Shown: positions 13,474-26,095 of the stretch, piece by piece
Layout of the letters: each line of letters begins with the position of its first letter
Numbering within the stretch: the first letter of the stretch is position 1
Assembly (NCBI RefSeq): GCF_001194135.2
Contig: NC_068982.1
Location: 52,526,325-52,590,324, forward strand
Source of the DNA: Octopus bimaculoides
Lineage: Eukaryota
Length of the DNA: 64,000 nucleotides
Reading direction: 5' to 3'
Position numbers and translations under genes: made by a program
Notes under the pieces: generated by a model
Told to the model about the DNA's origin: nothing
Databases searched by the model: none
Seen by the model: the letters and a program-made list of their open reading frames with translations, nothing else

Positions 13474-13572
13474 AGTTCTATATTTAAGAGATGAGGACTT
13501 ATGTACATTATTTACATTATTTACATTTGACGGATATTTGTCCTCATCTTGTTTGTTGTTAACGTTTCGGCT

Positions 13573-13573
<1 letters not shown>
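13474..13573 (-). mobile_element. Truncated 3' part of the hammerhead SINE
   Basis: Nearly identical to 43176-43271; cut off by (CA)n, with a short deletion in stem I. Confidence 0.85.
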
Positions 13574-13642
<69 letters not shown>

Positions 13643-14199
13643 TAACATACATATATATATATANNNNNNNNNNGAATACAAAAATGGGACAAGAACGCAA
13701 AACATCCAGACAGATGATACAAAAAAGGGACAAGAAAAAACACGGACGGGTCATTCAAAGTTTTCTTTCCTCAGTCGAGTTCCAGATTATCTTTGCAATT
13801 TCGGCTGGTTATATTCGAGATTGCACCAATCTGGCCAGCCCCAAGGAAGAACTAAGCTAAGAGCATTAGATTCCTTGGAAGAAAGCAGCGAATGTATAGG
13901 AAAACAAGGACGAAAACAAAAGACGGAGAAATGGTACACAAATACAAATGCAAATAACAGGACATAACAACAGATGTCTTTCGACTAAGGACGAATTAAA
14001 TTAAGCTGGCGTGTGTGAAAGTAAAGCCTTACGACAGGGACATTAGAGATAACAGGCATGGGGAGGAATATAGATGTTGCACGGATGGTAGTCGAACCAA
14101 GAAAGAAAGTCAGGCTTGGCCGAACGCCGGTCACGTGGGAAGAGAGAGGAGAGGTAGAGGCAGAGTGACAGAAGAATTAGGGAGGGACGAGAAAAAAGG

Positions 14200-14854
14200 G
14201 AGAGAGTGAAGTGAAAGAGAAGAGAAAGTGAGAATGAAGAGAAAGTCAATGTCGATATTGCCGAACGTTCTGGGAGAACCGCGACTAGCAGAACTGAGAA
14301 AAACATCGCAGGTGTGCGTGCAGCTTTGAGGGGAAATCGTCGAATCACCATCTGTGAGTTATCAGAAGATCTGCAGATTAGTTACAGTTCAGTCCATTAT
14401 CACTGAAGATTTGGGTATGTGACGTGTATCTTCTAAGTTTGCGCCAAAACTGCTTTCAACTGACCAAAAAGATACTCGGCATTCAGTTGCATAAGATCTC
14501 CTTGATGGTGTCGAAAACGAAGAAAACTTTGTGAAAACTTTGTGTAGGCCTTTGAGCAGGTATCGCCAAGCTTTCGGCAAGATTTGACGCAGATTCTCTG
14601 CTCAACTTTCTGCGACCACATCACCCCTAACATCTGGCCACCTAGACTGCAACGATCACACGCGACGATCACACGCTACACACCTTCCGTCAAAGCACTG
14701 CTGTAACCAGCGGAAGTGAGCTAGAACGTTAAAACTTATTTCGCAGGTATGCACGGCAGAGTTCAAGGTCAATCTGTGACAAGCGGTTTCACTCTGCGTT
14801 CTTTATCTTCGTTACTATGGCAACAGTCAGGATACTTATTGATCAGACCACGTA
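14200..14854 (+). mobile_element. Mariner relic with right TIR
   Basis: VRAALRGNRRITICELSEDLQISY...DLGM*RVSSKFAPKLLSTDQK; TIR gtcaggatacttattgatcagaccacg plus TA at 14826-14854. Confidence 0.8.
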
Positions 14855-15352
14855 TAGCATCACAAGAATGACTAACAATAGCCTGAAGGGAAGTTACCAA
14901 TAGATCATGAAACTGGAAGCTGCAAGCAATTATTGCAGAGCCCCTTGGGCTGGCAAGGTTTTCAATTTTCGGCTGGAGCATCCGGTCAGTATTTATGAGT
15001 AAACAGAGGCATCATTCAATAGAATAGTAAAGAAACCAGAACCAACACCGTAGTTGCTACTGGTTGTGGTGGTGTTTTTTTAAAAACAATATCAACTACT
15101 TGAAACAAAAATGAAATGAAACTATAAATCTATAACTTGCTTATCAACACTATACACAACTCTTACGGTCCCACTCTAATACAGGCTTGTTGTTGAGTTG
15201 AGGAACAATAACAAATAACAGAGGAGAAGAAACTATTCCAAAGATGGCTATATGGAGTCAAAGAACAGTTATGAGTAATCCGGGCTTTTAGAGGAAGTTA
15301 TATAAAGAGTAAAGGAGTAAAACAAACATTAACATGCCTAGAGCAATTAATA

Positions 15353-15560
15353 ATTTCAAATTTTGGCACAAGACCAGCAATTCTGAAGGAGGGGGTTAGT
15401 AGATTACATTGACCCCAGTACTCAACTGGTACTTATTGACCCTGAAAGGATGAAAGGTAAAATCAACTTTGGCAGTATTTGAACTTAGAACGTAAAGGAA
15501 GACGAAATGCCGCGAAGCATATTGGCCGTCGTGTTAACGATTTTGCCAGCTCGCCGCCTT
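15353..15560 (-). mobile_element. SINE family A copy
   Basis: Full-length match to the family consensus seen throughout the window. Confidence 0.85.
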
Positions 15561-15574
15561 ATAGCCTAGAATAA

Positions 15575-15860
15575 ATAATGAGTGACATTTAATAGGATAG
15601 TATACACTTGGATAATGAAGATACTCTTAGGAAATCTAGTACTCGCAAAATGTATCAGCCATTTTCCGTCGCAATGAATATCAACAATATCACTTCAAGA
15701 TAACGAGGACATCTTACAGGGTGACTCCTTATCCCTTCTTCTTTTCCCTCTTGCTCTGACTCATTCAACAAATCTGTTGGATGAAACCGTCAAAGTCAAA
15801 CTAGTTATAAACTACGATTTTAACATGATAATTAAAAGACTTAGACATGTAAAGAAACTA
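15575..15860 (+). mobile_element. R4/Dong-like RT fragment
   Basis: YTWIMKIL and QGDSLSLLLFPLAL (cagggtgactccttatcc at 15717-15734). Confidence 0.6.
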
Positions 15861-15911
15861 TTGACAGAGTTTTGAAGTCACTACACAAAAGATGATACAG
15901 ATGAAGTATAT

Positions 15912-16430
15912 AGAGGTGTGGCTGTGTGGTAAGACGTTTGCTTCCAAACCACATAATTCAGAGTTCACTCCCACTGCTTGGCACCTATAGTCTTCTACTA
16001 TAGCCTCAGGCCTTGTGAGTTGATTTGGTAGACGGAAACAGAAAGAAGCCCCTCGTATATATATTGCACTACATTTTATATTTGCTGCAGTGTTTACATT
16101 GCTCAATTAAATGGAGTCGCATTAACTTTCGATATCCTTGTTGCTTATTTTGATATATATATATATATATATATATAGACGAAGAGCTTTCTGTTTCTCT
16201 CTCTCTCTCTCTCACTCTCACTCTCTCTCTCTCTCTATATATATATATATGTATGTATGTATGTGTGTGTTTTCCCCCACCACTGCTTGACAACCGGCAA
16301 AAGAGAAGAGTAAGTACCCGGCTTAAAAAGGAAATATGTACTGTGGTCGAATAGTTCGACTAAAATTTCTCAAGGCGGTGCCCCAGCATGGCCGTAGTCT
16401 AGTCACTGAAACAAGTGAAAGATGAAAGAT
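15912..16430 (+). mobile_element. SINE family D (tRNA head, CORE-like segment, internal microsatellite)
   Basis: tggctgtgtggtaag head, tcttctactatagcctc, tail aaggcggtgccccagcatggcc...actgaaacaagt. Other pieces at 21905-22035, 26770-27000, 34622-34670, 35820-36030. Confidence 0.85.
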
Positions 16431-16859
16431 AAAAATATTTCGCACACAAGGGTTTGATATATATGAGTATAATACAGCGAAAATGGGATTACAAGAATAA
16501 TTAAAAGTAAGCAAAGGTGAAGCTTTATTGTAATAAAGAAACAGGACACAAATGAAAATCTCTGTTTAATTCAAAGAAATTGCAAACTAGAAACTTACTA
16601 CATTGGAGACAAATAACTAAAGAAAAAGACAAAATAAAGACAAAAGTTAAAAATAATATACAAATGAAAAAATGTTTCAAAATGTACTAAAAAAAATTGG
16701 AAAAAAAACAACAAAAAAATAGCAATTGCATGACAAGACGCCACAGAAAGGAAGTTAGAGTCAAAGTGAACAATAGCTCAAAAGCTCTGAGCGAAAAGCA
16801 GAAAAAGTGTAAAATTTCTTCATAAAAAACCCCCAAAACAAAAACAAAAACAAAAATAA

Positions 16860-17330
16860 CGCAAGCAAAAAAACTCAATGCTTAGCTCCAAACAACTACA
16901 AAACTGAAATAATGAACAATGATTTTAATATCAAATGCAAACAATACACCCAAGTGTAACGAGGCTGTTGACCGCATCATCTCTGACTACTCGGTTATAA
17001 CGAAAGCCAAGCATTTTTCTTCGACAGGTGTGAGCGGACATCTTTTTCTACTAGGCAATATGCCAGTACTTCGACTTGAAAATGGTCATCGACACGTATT
17101 GAATACGATACATGAGAAGTATTGTGGGAATGCCGATAGACATAACGAACCATTATTATCGAGACATTGCTCTTAAGAAGGTAGCAAATTTGTTAAAGTA
17201 CAAAGACCATGGGACTGAAGTAAACGGGTTGTTGGGGACGAAAATAAATGCTGTATCATTAATAGTTGGTTTTGGGGGCATAAAAAATAAAGATGCGAAC
17301 TGAAACATAGAAGCCATACCAGGGTATAAA
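16860..17330 (+). mobile_element. R4/Dong-like fragment (CCHC to RLE)
   Basis: EAVDRIISD, later LLKYKD, and AVSLIVG resemble the RLE domain of the 42090 copy. Confidence 0.65.
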
Positions 17331-17798
17331 ATATTACAAACACTCCAGAAATTATTCTACAGTTGTTGAGGCTGTCTCTGCAGGTTTTCAATAGGAATTA
17401 TAGCCAGCACTGATTTTGTTACGATGTTTAACATGCTTTGTAGTATATTATAAAAACTTTTAATATACTTTGTTGTATATTTACATCAGACGTTTCGGAT
17501 ACAAAATATCGTAACAAAATCAGTACTGGCTATAATTTCTATAGAAAATCTGTAGAGATAATATTAACAAGTGATGTGATAACACTGCTAACACAGTAGA
17601 ACACAGTATTGACTTATAAAAACGTTTAATATACTTTGTAGTATACTACAGTTGCATAACGAAATACAGTGTCCTCACATGTCATTAATATTCTACAGTT
17701 ATTTGACACGATATCACATCCTATGTGAAATATTTTGAATTAAATAGCACAACTCAAGCAGTAAATTCCCTGCGCATAGTATATAACCTGTATTATAA

Positions 17799-19134
17799 TC
17801 TATATATATATATAAAATTGAGAATGTGTGTGTGTGTGTGTGTGTCTTTGTGAATCCCTAAAACTCCAGAACTACACAACCAATTTCATTCAAATTTTAC
17901 ACATGCCTTACTTAGGGTCCCAGTTGTGTTTTAGTCAAAAAAGATTTTAACTTCTTGCATACTTCCAGCCCACAACAACATCACATGTCCTCCACTATTT
18001 AAGTATTACGTGTCAAAAGTGAAACAAAAACACTCATGTCATTCAAACCGGAATCTCAAAAACATTGTAATTATTAAATTTATGCATTTCTAATCAATTT
18101 GGAGATATTTGCTATCGAGTTGCAGATTGTTAACAATGCATTTGGTGATTATTTGCTTTATTTCTCGGGCAAAATTTACAACATAGAATAAAAGAATAAA
18201 ATTATTTCATTCCAAAATTGATGAGCTTTGTTTTTAGTGATGACTTGAAATGGTAAATATTTTTTTCTAACTATATTTGCTTGAAAAAAACATACTTTTC
18301 TTTATATTAAGCAATTCATTATAATTACTTTTACGATGTGCCTAAATAGAAACCATCGTTATAGATCAGCATTTTTGAACCTTTTTCGCGATTTGGCTTC
18401 CCTTGGACATTGAAAAAATTTATTTCAGCTCTCCTGTGTTGATGAAAAATTTAATCCGGCTTCCCATGTATCTGAGATAGACCGGCCGGCCCATGACAAA
18501 TCTTACAAAAGAGGAGACCCGATCATGCCGCTAAGGAATTTAGATGCTCCAATAATGTGCAATGGTACGTGGATGATTATCAAAAAAATGTGCACCCTAG
18601 TTCTGTAGGCAACAATCTTGAATGAACCGGCCGCTGGCTAAGACATACTTATAACTCCCATGTCCTTTACCCACTCCGATACGACCTACAAGTTTAAACA
18701 GATGCAATTTCCCATCAAACTCTGCTTTTCCATGACAATCAACAAGGCGCAGGGACAATCAGTGCAAGCGGTTAGTTTGAATCTGACAGAGCAAGTATTC
18801 TTACACGCACAACTGTACGTTGGCTGTCCCCATGGTCTTTCTATTTGTGCACTCGAGGGAAGGACGAAGAATGTTGTCTACCAAGAGGCACTCCAATGAT
18901 AACAACGGCAACTTCAACTGCTCCAATTTCAACTCCGCAATTCTTTCATCGTCCTGCCAGCCCACGTAAGTCCAGTCTTGCTTTGCTCTCCTTACTAACT
19001 CACCATGACATTCTTTTTTTTCTACCAAGATCCGTCGCCCAAACACCACTTCGTATCCACTTCTTCCTCTTTTTTATGTCTTCGTTTCTCTTCGCGTCGT
19101 TCTCTGACTGGGTGAAACCGGGCTTAGATGCTAG
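17799..19134 (+). mobile_element. Internally deleted Helitron with both termini and PIF1 helicase relic
   Basis: A|TCTATATATAT 5' end; 3' c(t)gg-gtgaaa-ccgg hairpin then CTAG|T. About 18483-18899 encodes GDPIMPLRNLDAPIMCNGT...QFPIKLCFSMTINKAQGQSV...HAQLYVGC...TKNVVYQEAL. Confidence 0.9.
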
Positions 19135-19770
19135 TATGCACTAAATGAAATAGCACAACACATATAACGCGGCCCTACACTATCGTCATCGAATAGAATA
19201 CTACAGCGATCATCCCTACATAACCGATACTATAACAGCAACAACTCACATCCAACACAGCTGATGAAACCCATTATTGCTGCACAGATGGAAAATATAC
19301 TCTCCACCAAAGGTCCCTTACCACCAGGCCACAGCCTGGTACCGGGCCCCGGATCTTCTGGTAGAGAAAGAATAAATATTTTAATTTTATTTCTATTTTG
19401 ACCATCACATTCCCAGGGTATTTTTGCATTATATATGTATTATATATGTCATATATATGCATTATATATGTACTAATTAAATCATATATTAAGCACTTGA
19501 TTGAGTTTTGTTATGCAGATAATACCTCGGTCCGGGGAAAATAGTCTGACATGAAAATGGTTTAGGGTGCTAAGATTGTTGGGGATCGCTAGTACGGAAA
19601 CAACCTCCGCCTCACTGAAACACAGGACCCAAGAACACATACAAAACAAGTAATACAGACCACACAACAGATACCTTTACTGAATCACAGCTCAGAATCA
19701 AATCTCAACACTAATTACTGTACAAAAAACATACGAAGAACAAGCACAACCAAACCAAATATAATAATAG

Positions 19771-20164
19771 GTTGTTGTTGGCACTCCGTCGCTTACGACG
19801 TCGAGGGTTCCAGTTGATCCGATCAACGGAACAGCCTGCTCATGAAATTAACGTGAAAGTGGCTGAGCACTCCACAGGCACGTGTACCCTTAACGTAGTT
19901 CTCGGGGATATTCAGCGTGACACAGTGTGACAAGGCTGACCCTTTGAATTGCAGGCACGACAGAAACAGGAAATAAGAGTGAGAGAAAGTTGTGGTGAAA
20001 GAGTACAGCAGGGTTCGCCATCACCCCCTGCCGGAGCCTCGTGAAGCTTTAGGTGTTTTCGCTCAATAAACACTCACAACGCCCGGTCTGGGGATCGAAA
20101 CCCCGATCCTATGACCGCGAGTCTGCTGCCCTAACCGCTGGGCCATTGCGCCATTGCGCCTCCA
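19771..20164 (-). mobile_element. SINE family B, full length
   Basis: Head ggaggcgcaatggcccagcgg, B-box gtttcgatcc, (AAC)n tail; matches 38966 and 47373. Confidence 0.9.
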
Positions 20165-20548
20165 CATAATAATAGGTAGATCGCACGTATTCTGCACAAC
20201 AAACAAAGGCCTCAAAACAATGCGTAAAATAACAAACCGCACTTCTATAAATAAGCATAAGGAATATGATATACAAACATCTCCAAAAGATAGTGCTGTA
20301 CATACCCCACGCATACGGAAGTACACCGGGCTCCTTTCAGTTCCCGTCAACAAAATCAGAGATTTCGGAAAAAGGGACGTAGTCGGTTATATTGAACTCA
20401 GTTCTTGATTATTGGTGGTTTATTTTATGAACCCGGAAAAATGAAAAGCAATTTTGATCACTGTGCGATATGAACTCAGAATGAAAAAGGTAGAACAAAT
20501 AAAGCAAGGGTTCTTTGCCCGACGCCCTAACAGTTCTTCCAAACGCTT

Positions 20549-20613
<65 letters not shown>

Positions 20614-21408
20614 GTTGAAACTGACAGAAAGTTAGATGCAAATAGGCCAGAAATTAAATTGAAAGACTTCAGATAAAAATCATACCTCCTCATTGATATG
20701 ACTGTCCCAATCGACACTTTATTTTATCGACCTCCTCCCCCGGACGGACGAAAAGCTACTGAGATTGCCAAAAAGCGGAGTGTGTCGGATGTTAAGACAT
20801 TTTAAATATATGTATAATATTAAGGACAATGTTTATTGGTTTAGTAATACAAACAGGAAAATAAGATTCAAAACATGAGTATGTGAGTAAAAACATCAAC
20901 TGTAATAATTTCCAATGTGCATCGTTATACTTTTTTGTTTAACGCTGTAGAAGGCCATCAGACTACAATACACAATCAACTGGAGTTTATAAGTATGTGT
21001 ATGAGTGCGTTTGTACGTGCTTGTGCGTACATGCGTACGCGCGTGTGTGTATGTGTGTATGTGTGTGCGTGCGAGTGTGCGCATGGGCACATTAATATGC
21101 ACACACACACACACACACACATATATATCTATACATATATAAGAATGATAAATAGTGACAGAGTGAACGGGGGAGAGAACATGATTTAGTGGAATAATGG
21201 ATTGAATCAGTGCGTTTCAACAACGTAGATACTCTTGATATACACACAACGAAGTCCACATAGAGACACACAGACACACTCATGCACACACATATGCACA
21301 CATGAACACTTACACATGCATACACACACTCTCTCTCCCTCGACACACGTATATATAGCGAGAAAGAAAGAGAGAGAGAAAGGTAGAGAAAGGAAGAGAG
21401 AGGGAAAT

Positions 21409-21455
<47 letters not shown>

Positions 21456-22673
21456 GGGAGAAAGAGAAAGGGAGGGAGAGCCGTTGATTTCGCTTGAGAA
21501 TTACGTTACTGGTACACGTGTATGTTAAACTCAACAATTTTCTGGATAATTCTATGATCTTGGTAGTTCAACTGATCAAACAGCTGAAGACACACTTGGA
21601 AGTTCTGTTCGAGATCCATTACATACATACATACATACATAATACATACATATATACATGCACGCATACATACATACATATATGTATGCATCTACATGCA
21701 TATACATTTACATACAAAAAATATATGTACACACACACACGCGCACACATGCATATACATGCACGTCTGTTGTTTTCTGAACATAGCTGTTTTCATTGAA
21801 ATATAGCAGTATGTTAAAAAAATAAAAACAAAAAATATGAACAACAGATGTAAAAGATGACATAATTTGGAAATATGTTACCTTATGTACATCTGTATAC
21901 ACAAAAGGACGGATAGAATAAGTGAATAAGTACTAGGCTTACAAAGAATAAATCCTGGAGTCGATTTGTTTGACTACAGGCGGTGCTCCAGCATGGCCGT
22001 AGTCAAATGACTGATACAAATAAAAGAATAAAAGAATATTTATATATATATATCTTTAGACATTATGCAATAATGTGTTCCTCTGATAATCCATTGTGGT
22101 TAAGCATCCGATTGCACTTGGAACGTACAATGCAGAGGTTCCGAAAACAACCCGTACCAGTGAAACATACGTAGGGAACCAATCATATAAATGTATGTTT
22201 ATCATCACTTTTCTTATGTTTTGGTCAGTACGGGCCTATAATATATGCCGCACTGCGAGACTGAACTGAAAGTCATGTGGTTGGGAAGCAAGTCTATTAG
22301 CTACATAACCACACCTACGCACCGTCATTATTATTTCCTTTTGTTGTAAATGTGCATTATGTTGTATAATCTCTTTTTGACACTCTTTATTTGTATAGCT
22401 GTATTGCGAATTTGCTGAAGAGTGTATCTAGTAAACATTTTATTGCGAAATGTCGTAAAAATGTGAAAACAAAATAAATAAAATGTCTGTAAATACAGTC
22501 CTTCTTTCTTTTTGGTTCACACCTGAATATCAGGGAAAGACATCTACAGTTAATTAGAATACTTTCTGGCAAATGTTCCAAAGAAATAAATGTTCGTCTC
22601 GAAATAGAGTCAACTCGAAGCGAAGGAAAAGGCCGTCTAAACGCTACAATAATCAATAATAATAATCCTTTCT

Positions 22674-22970
22674 GGAGGCGCAATGGCCCATTGGTTAGGG
22701 CAGCGGACTCGCGATCGGAGGTTCGTGGTTTCGATTCCCAGACCGGGCGCTGTGTGTGTTTGTTGAGCGAAAACACCTAAAAGCTCCACGAGGTTCTGGC
22801 AGGGGGTGGTGGCGACCCCTGTTGTACTCTTTCGCCCAGCATTTTCCTGTTTCTTGAGTAACGCTGCGATGGACTGGCGTCCCGTCCAGCGGGGGTGGGG
22901 CACATACGCCATAGAAACCGGGAAACCGGGCCCATGAGCCTGGCTAGGCTTTAAAAGGGCGCATAAAAAA
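22674..22970 (+). mobile_element. Chimeric SINE (family B 5' half, family C tail)
   Basis: Matches B to gtactctttc, then gagtaacgctgcgatggactggcgtcccg...gggcgca as in 61794. Imperfect TSD ataatcctttct / attatcctatct. Confidence 0.85.
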
Positions 22971-22974
22971 AGAT

Positions 22975-23380
22975 TATCCTATCTACTATAGGCACAAGGC
23001 CTGAAATTTATGGGAGAGGGATAGTCTATTACATCGACCCCAGCACTCAACTGGTATTTATTTTATCGACTCCGAAAGAATGAAAGGCAACGTCGACCTC
23101 GGCAGAATTTAAACTCAGAACGTGAAGACGGACGAAATGCTGCTAAGCATTTTGTCCGGCGTGCTAACAATTCTACCGGCTAGCCGCCTTATTAATAACA
23201 GTTTCAAATTTTGGCACAAGGCCAACAAATTCAGGGGAAGTGGTTCGTCGATTATATTGATCCTTACCTCCAGTATTCAACTGGTACTTATTTCATCGAC
23301 CCCGAAAGGACAAAAGGCAAAGTCGACCTCGGCGTAATTTGAACACCGAACGTAAAGACGGACAAAATGCCGCTACGTAT
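22975..23380 (-). mobile_element. Two tandem SINE A copies
   Basis: Two consecutive ggcacaaggcc...gtcgacctcggc units. Confidence 0.85.
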
Positions 23381-23833
23381 CCATCACTACACTCTTCACC
23401 AAAGCCGTTCTCTTTAAAGCTGATGACACTACAAGAATATGACAAGCCTTCATGGTTAGACACTTGTCATATTCCCATTGAAGTGTTTTTGCGAGAAATA
23501 CGAGTAGTTCTGAAGTAAAATACGCAAGAGCGATCGGAGATGTTTACCTATTTTACGGACTCGGCAACGGTGTGTATAGTAAGGCTCCGTCGTTTATTCA
23601 TCACGAAGAATCACAACCCACTTTCTGTTTATTTACTGCAGACGTTGACCTGCAGATGTTCAGTCTAGACATCGCCTGTATGAATCTCAACAGCGTTCGA
23701 GGTCATCTCAAGATCACGGCTTCTACTGCTTCTTCTTTATCTTATCATCATTATCGTCAACAGTAGCAGCAGTATTACTAGCACAAGCACCACCACCAGC
23801 AGCAGCACCACCAACATCATCATCGTTATCATT

Positions 23834-23873
<40 letters not shown>

Positions 23874-23924
23874 GTAACAGCAACAGCAGCAGCAGTACCA
23901 CCACCACCACCACTAAGATGTGGC

Positions 23925-24270
23925 AGCTACGAGAGTTGGACATAAAAGTTATCCCTATTGTCATTGGAGCATTGGGTTTTCAATACGACCCAATCTGAAA
24001 AAAAAAACATCTGAAAACCTTAGAGATACCCTACAATCTAGGTGTATAACCAAAGTCGGCATTACTTGGAACTGCACGCATATTGCGTAAAATACTGTCT
24101 GTCTGAGGTCCTTGTTGGGACTTGACAAACAGTACAAACCCCCGGCAGACACAATATCTTCAATCAACAATCTCACGATATCGTATACTATGCGACGTCT
24201 ATAACAACAACAACAACAACAACAACAATAATAATAATAATAATAATAACAATAATAATAATAATAATAG
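23925..24270 (+). mobile_element. R4/Dong-like 3' end with (AAC)(AAT) tail
   Basis: KVIPIVIGALG...ALLGTARILRKILSV*. Confidence 0.8.
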
Positions 24271-24878
24271 TGGGTCTTGTTTAGGCACAAAGCTAGAAAT
24301 TTTGTGGGAAAGGGGAATAGTCGATTACATCGAGTTAGCACTTGATTGAGGGGTTAACTTCAGCGGGATTTGAACTCAGAGCGTAATGAGCCGGATAATA
24401 TGCTGCAAAGCATTTTTCCGACACTCTAACGATTCTGCTTGCTGTCCGCCTTAAATGATTTCTTATTTAAGCAAAAGGCTATCAATTGTGAGGAGAGGGG
24501 TTAGTCGACGCTTTCGTCTCCGTTACCTCACTGGCACTTTATTTTATCGACCCCAAAAAGAAAAAAAAATTAAAGACCGCTGCGGTATTTGAAATCATAA
24601 CGTAAAGGTTGGAAAGAAATATCACAGAATATTTTCTCCAACTCTCTTACGATTCTTATTTCTTTATTGCCCACAAGATGCTAAACATAGAGGGGACAAA
24701 CAAGGACAGACAAAGGGATTAAGTCGATTACATCGACCCCAGTGCGTAACTGGTACTTAATTTATCGACCCCCGAAAGGATGAAAAGCAAAGTCGACCTC
24801 GGCGGAATTTGAGCTCAGAACGTAACGGCAGACGAAATACCGCTAAGCATTTCGCCCGGCGTGCTAACGATTCTGCCA
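24270..24878 (-). mobile_element. Three SINE A copies, the last with a variant 3' tail
   Basis: Consensus motifs; 24655-24720 has an alternative tail tttctttattgcccacaag...aaacaaggacagac. Confidence 0.75.
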
Positions 24879-25687
24879 CATCGACATATTCCTCATTCCC
24901 AGCATCACCTCCACCATCACCACCACCACCACCAGTCTCACCATCGCCACCACCTCTACCAGTATCAGCATCGTCACCGCTGCTACCACCATCAGTGATT
25001 TCACCCTCTAATCATTGTAATTACAAACAGAAATAGTGGTGGCAGCTCTATAGCTATATATTACCGTGTTACTCATCACCATCATCATCATCATCATCAT
25101 CGTCATCATCACTATCAGCAGCATCAGCAGTAGTATATGCATCAATGACCTCAGAAACAGCAGTGGGGGGTTCTATCATTAACTACATTATAAAACATCA
25201 AACAAAAACATTGCCTGATTGTCCTTATTCTTTTTATCCGTTATTTATTTATTCATTATTGTTTATGCATCTTCTTTCCCTGATTGTTTCATTCTTTTGC
25301 ACGTTCTCTTTCTTTCATATTTTCCTTTTCTCTTTGTTTCACATTTCTTTCTTTTGTTTCTTTCATTTTTTTTTTGTTTTGTTTTAGTCAGTTCCCTGGT
25401 GGCGCCCATGTCCTTTACAACAAGGTTCACAACCTCCGGGGCTGCTGACCATTTGGTACTGGGCCGCCTAAAAAGAATAAATTTTTCAATTTTATTTCCT
25501 TTATATTAGCTATCGCAGTCTGTAGGGCATTTTTGCATTACATATGTAATATGCATGTATTGTACATACACATGTAAATATATATATGTGTGTGTGTGAG
25601 CGTGTGTGTATGTATATATGTGTACATGTGCATGTGTGTATGTATATATATGCATATCTACATGTGCGTGTGCGTGTGTGTGTAATA

Positions 25688-25875
25688 GGGCGGCGAGCTG
25701 GCAGAATCATTAATACAGCGGACAAAATGCTAGGTGAGTTTCGTCCGTCTTTATCTTCTGAGTTCAAACGTCACCGAGGTCGACTTTACCTTTCATCCTT
25801 TCGTGCTCGAGGGTCGATGCAATCGAGTTACCCCTCTCCCGAAAATACTGGCCTTCTTCTAAAATTTGAAACCAA
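25688..25875 (+). mobile_element. SINE A copy, plus strand
   Basis: ggcggcgagctggcagaatc head, gagttcaaac B-box, gtcgactttacctttcatcc. Confidence 0.85.
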
Positions 25876-25911
25876 TATGTATTAATTAAATCATATATTA
25901 TGCACTTGGTG

Positions 25912-26095
25912 GAGGTGCGTGACTTAGTGGTCAGGGGGGTTTCACTCATTATCGTAAGATTGTGGGTTCGATTCCAGGATGCGTTTTCTCCTTGAGCAAA
26001 ACACTTCATTTCATGTTGTTCTTGTCCACTCAGCTAGTGAAAATGAGTAGCATGTTGAAGTTGCGACAGGCATGGCATACCGGCGCAATGGATGG
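25912..26095 (+). mobile_element. SINE family C, partial
   Basis: ggaggtgcgtgacttagtgg, ggttcgattcc, gagcaaaacacttcatttca. Confidence 0.75.

Noticed and set aside
19259-19300. CTGATGA followed by gaaa
   Set aside because: No properly placed stem II or stems I/III.
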